A stretch of DNA of 64,000 nucleotides, from positions 28,768,001 to 28,832,000 of the forward strand of contig OX597817.1 of the NCBI GenBank assembly GCA_951406725.2, written 5' to 3'. The position numbers were made by a program, and so were the translations under genes. Shown piece after piece: positions 51,132 to 64,000 of this stretch (position 1 is the stretch's first letter; every line of letters starts with the position of its first letter). The notes under the pieces were generated by a model. That model worked only from the letters and a program-made list of their open reading frames with translations, ran no database searches and was not told where the DNA came from. This DNA is from Octopus vulgaris (lineage: Eukaryota).

Positions 51132-53403
51132 GTCAGATTGGACTCAGAGATTTGTCTTGATGTGTGCAGGGTCTTCGGACAAGTTACATCATAAGTATTA
51201 TTATTAATATCTACTATGTTACTGAGTTATTTTATTCTGACAGTAAACACTAAATATATATATATATATATATTGCATATCTCATGCTGGTATGATATTA
51301 CATCAGTGCAACCATGTAGGTAAGGCATACATGAACAAGTGGAATTTCATTCTAGATGACCATTTTCAGTGCAATATCTCAGAAAACCTACAAGTCCTTT
51401 GGGGGATTGGAGCAGCTCTTGAACATTCATAATAAACAAGTGGAAATGGAGCCCATGCTGAAATGCATAATTTCTACAGTATACATGATTAGCTCTTTGA
51501 ATGCCTTTCAGGGTTCAAAAGCCATTTAAGATCTCGTGTAAGAGATGAACAATTATTGGTACAAGAAGTGAAGCTCTGCAAGGAGCAGATAGGTACCATG
51601 TATGTATATATGACATCAGCACTCTAGCTGTTACAGTAAATAATTATAGTTAAATAAATTAGCCAAGCTCAACAAGAAACAAGAAAAAGAATGACTGCCT
51701 TTATAATGCACCACACAAAATCTGACACAGAAAGATTATATTTATTGTGAATACATGGAGCTTGGGGGTGTTATGCACATGGTAGGAAATATCCACTAAA
51801 AAGTTACAAAAATACCTAGTAAAGATTAATGGAAGACATACAAATAACCACAACGTATGAACAAAAAAAATAATAATAATTTTCTGTTTTCAAGCAAGTC
51901 ATCAATGTGCAACAAAAGCTGACATGATGTTAGCTATATTTGTTTTATTATGGCTATAAATGCCAAAATAATAAAACAGTTGCACCAAAGTCTGTACATA
52001 GCCAAATACCTGAAAACGATTGAAGAGAATGGCAGTAGACAATGGAAATAAGCTTAGTGTCCTGAGAAGTACAGGACTCTAAACTAAGATTGTTGCACAG
52101 GATTCTCACTAAAAAGCCACATAATGAAGTAAAATACAGAAAGTGCAAGATTATGTGCATATGTAAAAGAAATAACTCGATTGTTTCTTTGCTAAGAAAG
52201 AATCTATCTAGGACATGACAGAGTTTGGGCATACATATACTGGAAGATAGAGGTTTCAGAGAATGACAACGCAACTATACTTAGGTTTTTCCAATACTCA
52301 GAAACAGAGCAATGATGTTTAATGAACTAGAAATTGTCAAAGACAACCAAATAAAGATAGGCCTCCAGAATGAAGAATCCATTCTTACAAAAATATAAAG
52401 ATATCTCATGTGTATTGACCTGTAAATGGAAACATGGAAACACTTCATAAAATCTGCTTTAAAGTTAACAAAAAAAAACAAAAAAACTTCAGACATCACA
52501 CAATCAAAATTTCAGGATTTACAAATAAGTACAATATACAGATAATGAAATTACTGGGCACTGGCACGCATTTTAAATTTTGTACTTTCAATATAGTTGA
52601 AAATATAAAACCAAATAGAGTTTTTTTAAAAAGTGTCATTTTATTGTTGGCTAATTGCACAGTTCTCTTGGTAAATATTTTAGCTGATAGTTACACTTCC
52701 AGGAAGAAATGAAAATATTGACTTCTATATTGCAAATTAAATAATTAAATGTACAAAACTATGTAAATTTTATTTCAGTATTAAAATGATAATTGCGAAA
52801 ACATTTTCTAGTTTAATTTCCTTTACTGAGCACCATTTCTTTCAAATTTAAAATGTAAAATTTGTGATTCATGTGGAAAATTTTAGTAAATTTTACTAGA
52901 AGCAATAAAGTCGTTAATTGCAATTTGATGCAATTTAAACATTTTGATTTAAAATGCCAAAAACATGAGGAAATTTCATAAGTAAACAGCTATCATTTAA
53001 TATATAACTTCTGTAAATTACTTAATGTATATTATTTAGTCATCATCATCATCATCACATCAATTTTATGTTGGTGATTGGTCATCTGAGGGATATTTGA
53101 ATAATGCTAAACATTAATAATTTAATATCTGTAAAAGAAAATATAGACATTTTGAAGTAATATTTTAATGAATATAAGTTTTCTTGAAAATATAAAGTAA
53201 AGTGAAATATTAATCTATATAGCATAAGTTATTAAAAATAGAACTTAGCTGATATTATATTTTCATAATGTTCAAGAAAGTTTCATTTAACAATAAATTA
53301 TGTTTTTAAAATTAGATATTAAAAAGAATACTTGGAAAGAAATGTAATAACCATCTATTTTCCTCTTTGATTTAAATATATTCTACTTAATAAGAGAAGT
53401 AAT

Positions 53404-53611
53404 TCTTTCTAATTTTGACAGAAAGGTTTGAAATGTTGGAGGGGCTAGTCAATTACTTCAGACTGAGTGCTCAACCATTACTTGTTTAATCAACCCCAAA
53501 AGATGTAAGGCAAAGTCAACCTTGGCAGAATTTGAACTCAGATCGTAAAGCCAGAAGAAATGCCACTGAGCATTTTGTCTGGCATGGTAACAACTCTGCC
53601 AGCTCACCACC
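53404..53611 (-). mobile_element. SINE family 2 copy
   Basis: Reverse complement GGTGGTGAGCTGGCAGAGTTG..GAGTTCAAATTCTGCC..GACTTTGCC matches 22368-22593. Confidence 0.75.
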
Positions 53612-53719
53612 AGTAATAATAGCAATAATAATCTTTTCTACAAAAGACACAAGACCTAGATTTTTGTGGGAAGGAGGACATTGTCTATCTGTCGATCCCC
53701 ACTCAGTTTATGTATACCA

Positions 53720-54085
53720 AGTTTCACTATAATGCTTGAGTACTTCTGAAGCCATGGTGAACAATGCACACTGCAGATGTCATACAGAGGAATCTATGCT
53801 GGGAGTCGTCACAGATTGAATGCTAACAACTGTACTACAAGAGTTGGCTGCTGCTACATTTTTGTGTACTATAGCGTTAACACATGGCTACTGGTAGTCT
53901 GATACCTCCTCATAATCATAATCAGGCTAATTACCCTACAAACACATGTGTTTGTCAGTTAGCAAATGACACTGGATGCCTCCAAGAGAAACTGCCACAT
54001 GTGGTAGAGAATAGAGGTAGGTGGAAGTTCAAGGGTATGTGGATTTGAGCAAGTTCAACCAGATAATGACAATGAGGATGATGAT
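53720..54085 (+). mobile_element. Decayed RTE-type LINE 3' end
   Basis: QLANDTGCLQEKLPHVVENRGRWK resembles the C-terminus of 11081-11282; degenerate TGA tail. Confidence 0.5.
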
Positions 54086-54356
54086 TTTTATGGCTCAAGA
54101 AATTACATATTTCAATTTCATAGTTGTTGCTATTGTTATTTAGTACTACTCTCAACTCATGCTTGATCCAACAGACCACCTCATTATCATTTTCTTTTGT
54201 TAGTATAGTGTACCCTGGACTACATTATCTAATGTTCCTTATTTTTGTTAAAGGTGGTAGGATGTTACTTGAATTTTGGCTACTATTTCCTGCATGTTGA
54301 GATACCATGTAGAAACTTTGTGCTAGTTGTGTTTTCAAAGTAACAGAAGGGAGTTT

Positions 54357-54390
54357 TATATATATATATATGCATATGTATGTAAATATG

Positions 54391-54423
<33 letters not shown>

Positions 54424-54664
54424 GCATATGTATGTGCATATGTATGTATATATATGTATATATGCATATGTATGTGCATATGTATGTATATATATGTATA
54501 TATATATATATATATATACACATATGTATGTATATATGTGTGTGTGTATATATATATACACATATGCATATATATGCATATTTATTTATGTATATATTTT
54601 TTTATATGTATGTATATATACATGTATATACATGTGCACAAATGTGTGTGTACATGTGTGTGTA
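54357..54664. repeat. Compound (TA)/(TG)/(CA) microsatellite, about 300 bp
   Basis: Alternating purine-pyrimidine low-complexity tract; explains five overlapping spurious ORFs. Confidence 0.95.
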
Positions 54665-57642
54665 TTTTATTGTAAATGTATTCAGCTGTTGTGTCTCTTA
54701 GTTTTATGATGAATACTTATTCTATTCTATAACCAGAAAATAGGAAAGAAGATGGCAAATGAAGAACTGAACTGTGATCTAGCAAAACTATTGATCTGAT
54801 ATTACAACTAACAGAAAGTAATCTGAATATATTGGCAAAATCTTTGTGACAATATTTAGAGATCTGTGTATAGAAATCTTTCTAAAATGTATTCCATTCC
54901 TCTGAATACTTCAAGTTCTTTGTTTTATCTCTCTCTAATCCTTTGCAACCAATAGATATTGGCTATTCATAACAGAACAGCTACCGATCTTGACATCTGT
55001 CGCCTATAACTCCTAGCCATCTTTACTTTTATTTTTTCCGAATTTATACCCAAGTCTTCACTGCTGCTGCTGCTATTGCTAATGCTTCTGCCAATCTTTG
55101 CATTCTAAAATAGATTGCTTATTTACCTACATTAAATTAACGATACCATTAAATCAATCATTTTTTATTTGTTTTTAGTTTTCCTTTTGTTACTTTTCCT
55201 TCTTTGCAATGACACACATTCAGTATATATATATATATTGTAAATTTTGGACATTTGTCATATACTTTGGGAGCTTAAGCTGCAATTCTGAATGGCATTT
55301 CCATTCTAGCACAAAGTAGAATAAGTTGATAGAATTGTTGAATAGTTATAGTCAAGCAAATGGAATACTCACTATGCAAATTTCTTTTTGTCTAATACAT
55401 AGAATAGAATTTTGTTTCAAAATTGTACAACTTAACACTCAAGCACCCTTGTACTTTTACATCTGCTTAAAAATTTTGATGTTAACCATATTGTCTTTTC
55501 AATAATTTAGCTTTCTGTATGACATTTCATAATGCTCATATTTTTCATCCAGCATTGTGATGTCTATTCAGTTATATCTTCCTACTAAGCAGTTTGTACC
55601 CATGGAATTCATAGGCCCACTTTTTCTTGTTAGGTTAACATATTGGAATAAAAGTTGTAGCTTACGGAAAGAATATCTATTCACATATATTATTTACTGT
55701 CTATCATTTTCACCTGATGTTTATACTGACCGCATTTGTTCTTGACAGGTACCAATATCTTTCTTCTTAGTTTCTTTTAATTACTAATGTATATTCATTT
55801 GATGTCAACTGTTCCTCGTTTTATCACACTATTTTCTTTTATTACTATTAATGGGGATGGTGTTAAAGTACACCCGCTGATGATTTTCCAACTTGAGAGT
55901 TTTTGGGTGTATGGAAATACTGTTTTGTCATCATCACTCCCAGGTTCACTCTAGCCACAAGTGACAGTAGTGTTCAAGGGCTTCAGTTATGGGTTAAGTA
56001 CCAGAAGAATATCCTGTTGCTAAGACATCCAGGTCATGAAGGGGAACCAGCTCTTAGACATGTGTCACTCAATCGCACATGTGTGGACATACCCAGGTGT
56101 CATGTGAATCAGTTACCCTACATAAGAGTTAAATAATCAGTCCTGTACCCCCAGAATAAAATCTGTGATGCAGAAAAGTATAATTGAACTGGCAGAAGAA
56201 TGGGAAACTGTGGTTGTATCTTTTTGACACAAAATTCTGGCTCTATAGACTTTGGCATTGAGAGTCATGATCACCAAAGCCTCTAAGCACATCACTTGAG
56301 AAGATAGATACTAGGGAAATGTCCTCTTTAATGTAACATTAATTGATTGTATTCCTACAAAATGGTGTTCACACAAAGTTTCATTTTAACATTATATATC
56401 TTAATATCTGAACACCTTTCAATTTTCATCTTCTTTTGATTTCTTCCTTTCTATATAGATCTCGTTATTGATATATGAATCATATGAATCACTTTCACTA
56501 ATAAAATTAAAATTAAAAGTTTTAAACTTATCCTGTAATGCTTTCTTTTGCTAAAATTCAGATCAACTAAATTTGGTTAGTTGCAAGCATATTACTCTTA
56601 GCATAATGAATTGGCCTTGACTAAAATAAAGTATATGCTGGCATATTATTGTATACTAAAATGAATTACGTAATAGTTTAAAAAGATTTGTGATGCCTGT
56701 GTGAGTGTGTGTATGTGTTCGTATGTGGATGGAGTAGTGTAAACCCAACTGGAATAAATAATGCACAACACAGTATGGGTGGATAAGTATCCTTTCAGTA
56801 GAAATCAGCAGTCCTATATCATAGGTATCATTCAAATATATTTACAGTTATTCAAACTCTGATTGAACTGCTGTGAATATATTTGCATGAAGTTTATGGT
56901 ATCAAGCTATAAGGTTAATGATTTGTATTAGTCTGTGGTGTGTCTGTACACACACATACATACAGAAGACAAACCTGCCTGACAGTAGTAATGTGTTATT
57001 GAAACTTTTACCATAATGTGAAGTTAATATTCCCATTGATTCTATGTTGTAAAGTGATAATGTGTTCTAATAATTTAGAAAAAAAGGGCAACAACTGCTA
57101 CAACAAAAACAAGCAACACAAGTACTTTTATGTATTAAAATAACACTTTCTAAATATATGTAGTACAATATGTATAGATAAAAATTGTTGAAGAGAAATA
57201 TTAGGGAATAAATAAGTCCTAAAATCACAGTAGCTCTGACTACTGTGTGAGGGGTGGTGTAGGTAAATCCAACTGCAATTGTGATCAACAAATATCCAAA
57301 ACAAATATGTAGTAAAGAGAATAAGGCCAGAAAAAGACTACTGTTTGTTGAAAGCAAAACTTGTTGTGAGAATGGAAATGAAATGAAAAGCTAAAGGAGT
57401 TAGGTGAGAAGAAGTACTGTGGTTACAGTTAGTTGAAGAGTTGTCGGGTTCATGAACAATTTGCCCCTTTCATCCTTGACCTGAACCATAAAATCTCCAC
57501 ACCCTACACACACACACACACAACATTAGTTAACATATAACATATGTAGCTGCAGACATTGTCTTTCTTGTGTGTTTATAATAGATGTAGGTGGTGAAAG
57601 CTATATATTATATATATATGTATATATAAATAATTGGGTGTG

Positions 57643-57689
<47 letters not shown>

Positions 57690-59619
57690 CGAGAGAGTCA
57701 GACAGATAACTGATGGTTGTCTGCTCAACACACAACTTGTCTACCTCTGCGCACATGCTTTTAAAAAGACATCCACATAAGTTGTATACTAGATTTGGCC
57801 CAACTTAAACTGCTTGTGGTGTCTGATCTTAAGGAACCTTGAAAAGTTTCTTTAGACCTCCTGTATTAATCTTTCCTCAAACTTTTTTACTCCATCCCAT
57901 ATTTCTTAACACTGGAATGCAACCCACTGTGAGATTTACAGGTTTTTTGATAAACTCTCCAAGTTCTCCTTCAATAACCTTTTCTTTGTTTTACACTGTT
58001 TCCTTTTTTCCTGAACAAGCTCTCCATAAAACAATTACTTAGTGGTATACTCATTGGCCATGTGGATAATATACCAAGACCATTGCATTTGATTTTTTAG
58101 AAAACAAAACACTCACATTGATATATCGCACACAAACAGACAGACATTGTGATGCAAGTATATATAAATAAATAAATATTTACCTTGAAAAATTCCATGC
58201 ACATGCGATGAGAGTTTATAGTGATACATATGCAAACATTTGCATACCTATGCACACACACGTATATATCATGATTGTAGGTTTTCAAATTGTCAAATAT
58301 AATTTGATCTTAGTAAAAATATTGTGAAGTGTCACAGATATAAAAACAATACCTACACAAATACACACACACACCCTTTTCTTTTCGCTCCTCAATCTAC
58401 TGTTTGATATTGTATCACTTCTTTGCCTCATAACCCCACCCAACCAAGAAAAGCTATATATTAAACATTCACACATGATAGTTACTCATCAGCAAATAAT
58501 TATAGATAAAATAATATAGACATACACACACACATAAATACAACAGGCTTCCATGAGATCTTGTATAATAAATACTAAATTTCCCTTTAAAGTTACTGGT
58601 CAACCAGAGACTACAATGAAAGCAACTGCTACAGAGCTGTGTGGTGGAATCAAACCTGGAAACACTAGGTTACAAAATGAACTTCTGAACAACACAGCAC
58701 ATGACTATACCAGCACCTGTTATTTTTTCCAGCTGTGTAATATTCAATTTAAGTGTGACTAAGCTAATACACAGTTACTTGCATAATATATCATACATCT
58801 TAGACATTGGCAGCTTTCAGAATTGTATTAGAATTGACAATTTTGACATCTGCCCAAAGAAATGATAATCAAACTGAACAGATAGGTGAATATCTACATC
58901 CACCAATTTTCTCTTTTTGTTGTCAGACCCTTCATATGCAGAAAGCTTGACACTAGGATTTAAACTTTGTAACAGCTATTGCCATTAATATTAATTGTAG
59001 ATCTAATGTTATTCACCAAATTTATTAGTTATATTCATATCAATATTCATAAATAGTAATGGTAGATTATTTTGAGAGTATATTTACATTTCTACTCAGG
59101 CACTCACACCTACATATACATATATTTATATATACATACACAAACGTCTGTGAATGAGTGCATGTGTATGTTTATATACAAGAAAGACTGACAGTTTCAC
59201 TGAGCAATTTACCATCTTTCTATAAAATCTGATTTTCAAGTATTATTTCTTTTAATATGTTTAGTTTAGAAGATTTTATGATTAACTTAAGGTGCAATAA
59301 TTTTATATTTCCTTGGAGTAGATTTAATCACACACCTGCTTTCAACTTTTGCTGCTGTACTGTTCACTGTATAAAAATGGCATTTAATACAGATTCAGGA
59401 ATAGTAGTTACGTCACATCAATCTTAAAAGTCACAAGACATAAAGTTGTCAGCTCATAACTTATTTTCACAGACAGGATCAAATTTGTTGTTACCATACA
59501 TATAGAAATATACATGCACACATATACAGAAACTTTCCATGTTTATGTAACCTCAGGCAACAGGATTTGGGGGATATGAGGTCTTATTTTACTCTAGCAG
59601 AAACTTAAAGACAACACTC

Positions 59620-59621
59620 AA

Positions 59622-59672
<51 letters not shown>

Positions 59673-59851
59673 TATATATATACATACAACAGGCTTCTTT
59701 CGGTTTCCATCTACCAAATCCACTCACAAGGCTTTGGTCAGCCCAAGGCTATAGTAGAAGACACTTGCTCAAGGTACCATGCAGTGGGACTGAACCCAGA
59801 ACCATGTGGTTGGGAAGCAACTTTCTTACCACACAGCCACTCCTGTGCCTA
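59620..59851 (-). mobile_element. SINE family 1, 5' half
   Basis: Reverse complement TAGGCACAGGAGTGGCTGTGTGGTAAG..GGGTTCAGTCCC..; ends in its internal (TA)(TG)n block. Confidence 0.88.
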
Positions 59852-61430
59852 TGTATATGTATATTTATATGCAGCAGCCTGTATCATTATATATTCATTC
59901 ATGAATAAAAGTGTATGTTCATGTACCACTGTATGTGTGTATGTCTTATATAGTTAGTATCTGCACAGATAAACCTGAGTGTGTATATCTGACTCTTTTG
60001 GGGTGACTGGTAGATTGTGTGTTAGTGCATTACTATTCTTAGTGCTGGCATACTAGTGTGCCTATCAGGTTACAGGTTAAGCTATTTCAATATTCTGTAA
60101 TTTGATTTCCTACCACATAATTTTAGTTTGAACTTGACCATTTTATTATGAATGTTGGTCCGTTTAAGAATATTCATGCATGTTATTTCAGATTATATTC
60201 TAAAGATATCTTTATAGTTTAGCACTCAAGCATTCTGTGTAAATGTATAAAATGTATAAAAACTAGATTACTTTGTCACAAATAGCATTAAAGAACACCT
60301 TTTAATGTCACATCCTACACACTGGTTGATTGTATTTACGTATGTATGCAAGCACTGCTGTATAGTTAAAGGTTCGATCCTACTCTGTGATACATCATCA
60401 TCATTTAATATCTACCTTCCATGCTAGCATGCCAAATATCATTTACCACAGCCTTAAATTGACCTAAGACTTGTAGAAAGATTTGCATAGAAAGAAACTG
60501 TATGGAAAATCACTAGATGAGTTATACTTGTAATTGAAATGGACAACTTTGTCATACACTGTTTTTACTATTGTGTGAAGTACTACATCTGCTTGTGGAA
60601 AAATTGGTCATTTACACTATAATTAAATGAGTATGTAGTTCAGTTGATCAAACAAATGTAAACTTCATCTGCTAGACCAATGGATGGGATATATGGATGT
60701 GTGTGTAGATTTTTGTTTGTGCTGTTTTGTATCTGAATGTCAGGGTAAAGGTAGCAACAACGAACCTATACATCAAATCACTACCAATATTGTTATTAAT
60801 TCAACCCTGTATATAAGTGTTTTATACCCCATCATATACAATTGTAATCACACACACAAAAAAAAAAACCAACGGATTATATGAAGGCAGTATTTAGCCT
60901 TCTATATTTCATTTATACTCATTTCTTCATGTATGTACATACACAACCCCTCTGTTTTATGTTGACATCCTCTAAAATAAACAATGCACACTGTCTGCTG
61001 CTCCTTACATTAGGATTGTCCTTGTTTTTCTACACAAATTCATACTGAAGCAAATATCCTACATGTGTATGCATACACTTATGCATTACATGTTCTATAT
61101 TATTTCTAAATCTGCCATACCTGATCACTTATTCTTACATTGGTGCATATATCTACAGCTATTCTCACTTATCTCCACTTACTCTATCAAAATGCCTATA
61201 ACTGCCTACTTCATTATGTCTCTAGATGCCTACCTATATATAGGTTAGATAGATAATGAGATGAAGGTAACTGAAACATTAAATTAGCATATGTATCATG
61301 CTAAATGTACATACACCTTAGAAAAGTATGCCGTTGTGGTTTTGTCAAGCTTCAACAAGGGTGAGTTACATTGAACATTCCCACAAATTGTTGCTGCAAT
61401 GATGTTCATTTTGCTTCAACATATATATAT

Positions 61431-61728
61431 ATCATCATCATCGTTTAGTGTCCGTTTTCCATGCTTGCATGGGTTGGACGGTGCAACTGGGGTCTGGGAA
61501 GCCAGAAGGCTGCACCAGGCCCAGTCTGATCTGGCAATGTTTCTACGGCTGGATGCCCTTCCTAACGCCAACCACTCCATTTAGTGTAGTGGGTGCTTTT
61601 TACGTGCCACCGGCACAGGTGTCAGACGAGGCTGGCAAATGGCCACAATCGGATGGTGCTTTTTACGTGCCACCGGCATGGAGGCGAGGCAAGGCTGGCA
61701 AACGGCCAGGATCGGATGGTGCTTTTTA
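61431..61728 (-). mobile_element. Young RTE 3' UTR fragment with 63-bp tandem units and (TGA)n tail
   Basis: (ATC)n start on + strand; GGTGCTTTTTA recurs at 61592, 61655 and 61718; CpGs retained. Confidence 0.85.
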
Positions 61729-62131
61729 TATATATTGATATGATACTGTTTCAACTGTGTTCACTGAATTGTTTGCAACACAGCAAGCATTCCATGATAT
61801 CAGTAGATGTATTATTCAGTCTCTTATATGCCTTTACTTTCACACAACCAAGTCTGCACCTCTGCACAGTTACATGTGAGTGTGTATGTGTGTACACACA
61901 TGTGCAAGTGCATGCATGTACACCCACACACCCTTGTATATGAATAATATTTAAGTGCGAGTTTCTATTTTCTTACCCATTCAAGTCTATCTATATTGTT
62001 TCATATACATTTGCACATGCATGTGTGTATGAATATATATATATATATATGCATATATGTAAATGTATGTATATAACTGTGTATGTATGCAGGAGTTTGT
62101 TTGTGTGTGTGTCTATCTATGTATATATGTG

Positions 62132-62641
62132 TGTGCCAATTTTTAGTAGCTTACCTTTCGACTTATTTTAGAACATGGTGAGTCCATAAAATAGGATTTG
62201 ACTACACCTGCATTTAGAGCGCAGTTTAAGCTATCTTTTCGTGGAAGAAGATTTATGTTCCTATTACCTGTGTTAATTCTGTAACCTTTTACAATGGAAG
62301 ATAAGAAAGTTCATTTTCGGCACTTGATGCTTTGGGAACCAGACAAAAATTGCTGCAGCTAGGCTGGGATGTGTTACCTCACACTCCATATTCACCAGAT
62401 ATTGCTCCTTCGGATTTCCACTTATTCAATTCCTTGGATGACGTAAAAAGATACTTTGATGAATTCTTTGCCATGAAACCACCACAATTCTGGGAAGAGG
62501 GTATTTTCAAGTTAAAGGAAAGATGGAGATGCATTGTGCAACAAAATGGTTGATATTTGGTTGATTAAAAATGTAATGGCAAGTATTTATTGACCTTTTT
62601 CTTTCGTTTAAAAATCGGCACAAACTTTCCGGACAACCCAA
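62132..62641 (+). mobile_element. Internally deleted mariner (second family)
   Basis: MEDKKVHFRHLMLWE from 62294 fused out of frame to TRQKLLQLGWDVLPHTPYSPDIAPSDFHLF; right TIR AAAAATCGGCACAAACTTTCCGGACAACCCAA+TA; partial left TIR TGTGCCAATTTTT. Confidence 0.92.
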
Positions 62642-63148
62642 TACTTTAAAAATTCCTACCGCCATCATTTTACCACATTTAGCTCCCTCTTCCTTACTCG
62701 CCAGGCATCGCACCCCTATGACACTACTATGATGTGAACCCTAATTTTGCAATTTACAACAAATTAAAGATAATTAGCTCTAACAAAGTTAATTAAATAT
62801 ATCCTATAATTAAGAAAAGAGTCCCTCCCTAGATTAAACCACCAAATCCAAACACATTAAACACACCGCAACATTCCATTACTCATGCACACACACAACC
62901 CTTTCCTTTGAAAACTTCATCTAAAGATGGCCATTTATTAGGCATGCGCTCATTATACTTACACACAAAGACTCTCACCAACTCACTCCTTCTACAAGAT
63001 CTGTCTTTGAAAATTGTAATTGAAGACAGTACTGCTATTCTACCTATGTACAATAACATATACACACCTTCACACGCCCACTAACACACCTCAACTCACA
63101 CTTCACTAATGCATTCAAAACTTAATGATCTTGACCATGAATATGAGA

Positions 63149-63553
63149 ACTATTGCTATTTTGACTTCAGTGTCATGTATACTTCAAATTCATTTCTTAT
63201 TTTCATCCCTTAAATTTCCATTTACATACATATACACAGATACAAACACTCACACACACACACACACACTGACAAATATTTTGACCACACCCTTAAGAAT
63301 TTGCTTCCAACCCCCAACCCCACATCTGCTTCATTATATAAAAAAAATACACTATTGCTATTTTCACTTCAGTGTCATGTATACTTCAAATTCATTTCTT
63401 ATTTTCATCCCTTAAATTTCCATTTACATACATATACACAGATACAAACACTCACACACACACACACACTGACAAATATTTTGACTACACCCTTAAGAAT
63501 TTGCTTCCAACCCCCAACCCCACATCTGCTTCATTATATAAAAAAAATACACT
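63149..63553. repeat. Tandem duplication of a ~201-bp unit
   Basis: 63149-63350 and 63351-63550 are near identical (two substitutions and one CA unit). Confidence 0.93.
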
Positions 63554-64000
63554 CACACACTCAAACTTGTGCACAAACACACACATATGCAAACACACCC
63601 ACAACCAAATAACACAGTTGAACACTCAAATTCTCTATATCACATAGAACCAAAGATATCAAACTACTCTGGTGAGCAACAAATAAACTAATGGTCATCC
63701 AATAATTTCAAAAGAAAATACATTTCTACCCACCCCGTCTTCTTTGAACTCTATGTTACATCTCCAGTAACTTAGATTTTTTTTTATCTCTTCAAAGTTA
63801 TATAATAATCACCATCACCATTATTTTAATGCTAACTTTACTATGCTTGCATGGGCCAGATGGAAGTCATCAAGGCAGAATTCTTATAGCCAGATGTCAT
63901 TCTGTTTCAAACCAAGGTATTGTTTCTGCATGGCTGGACACATTAGGAAAGACAGACACTCTGTATATGAAGATGATGCTTGTTTATAACTGTCATACTG

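Larger units (their letters stand above)
50100..52580 (+). mobile_element. Long decayed R4/Dong-type LINE, interrupted near 50875-51125
   Basis: Motif remnants QNKHF..KQFY, EVEVFWG, RPITC, RKRMT..MHHTKSDTERLY, and C-terminal KISGFTNKYNIQIMKLLGT. Confidence 0.65.

Noticed and set aside
54225-54709. Five overlapping ORFs rich in Y/I/H/C/M
   Set aside because: Translation of a dinucleotide microsatellite; the same applies to ORFs near 30066, 44787 and 63125
62883-63065. LYIGR-containing minus-strand ORF as a Penelope GIY-YIG endonuclease remnant
   Set aside because: Similarity too weak to support without a profile search

Overview
AT-rich eukaryotic DNA, very likely from an octopus (coleoid cephalopod). 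That assignment rests on my recognition of the SINE and RTE repeat families, not on a database search. No intact protein-coding gene is present: the ORF track is mostly microsatellite or random ORFs plus transposon fragments. The window reads as a large intron or intergenic region filled with mobile-element debris: three tRNA-derived SINE families, many RTE-clade LINE pieces with (TGA)n tails, several R4/Dong-type LINE remnants at (TAA)n tracts, one full-length and one internally deleted mariner, a SPIN/GTF2IRD2-like hAT fragment, a non-autonomous Helitron, a piggyBac-type MITE and a Penelope-type fragment. The only possible host-gene signals are a 30-nt + strand micro-exon candidate (27504-27533) and weaker - strand candidates. 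The most interesting signals are at the RNA-structure and repair level: a variant minimal hammerhead ribozyme, a tandem H-type pseudoknot motif in RTE 3' UTRs, a GC-rich rod-like structure at a Dong-type LINE 5' end, an inverted SINE pair, a long hairpin beside the micro-exon, two locally templated insertions and an 89-bp duplication around a SINE. All coordinates were read by eye and boundaries of decayed repeats are approximate.
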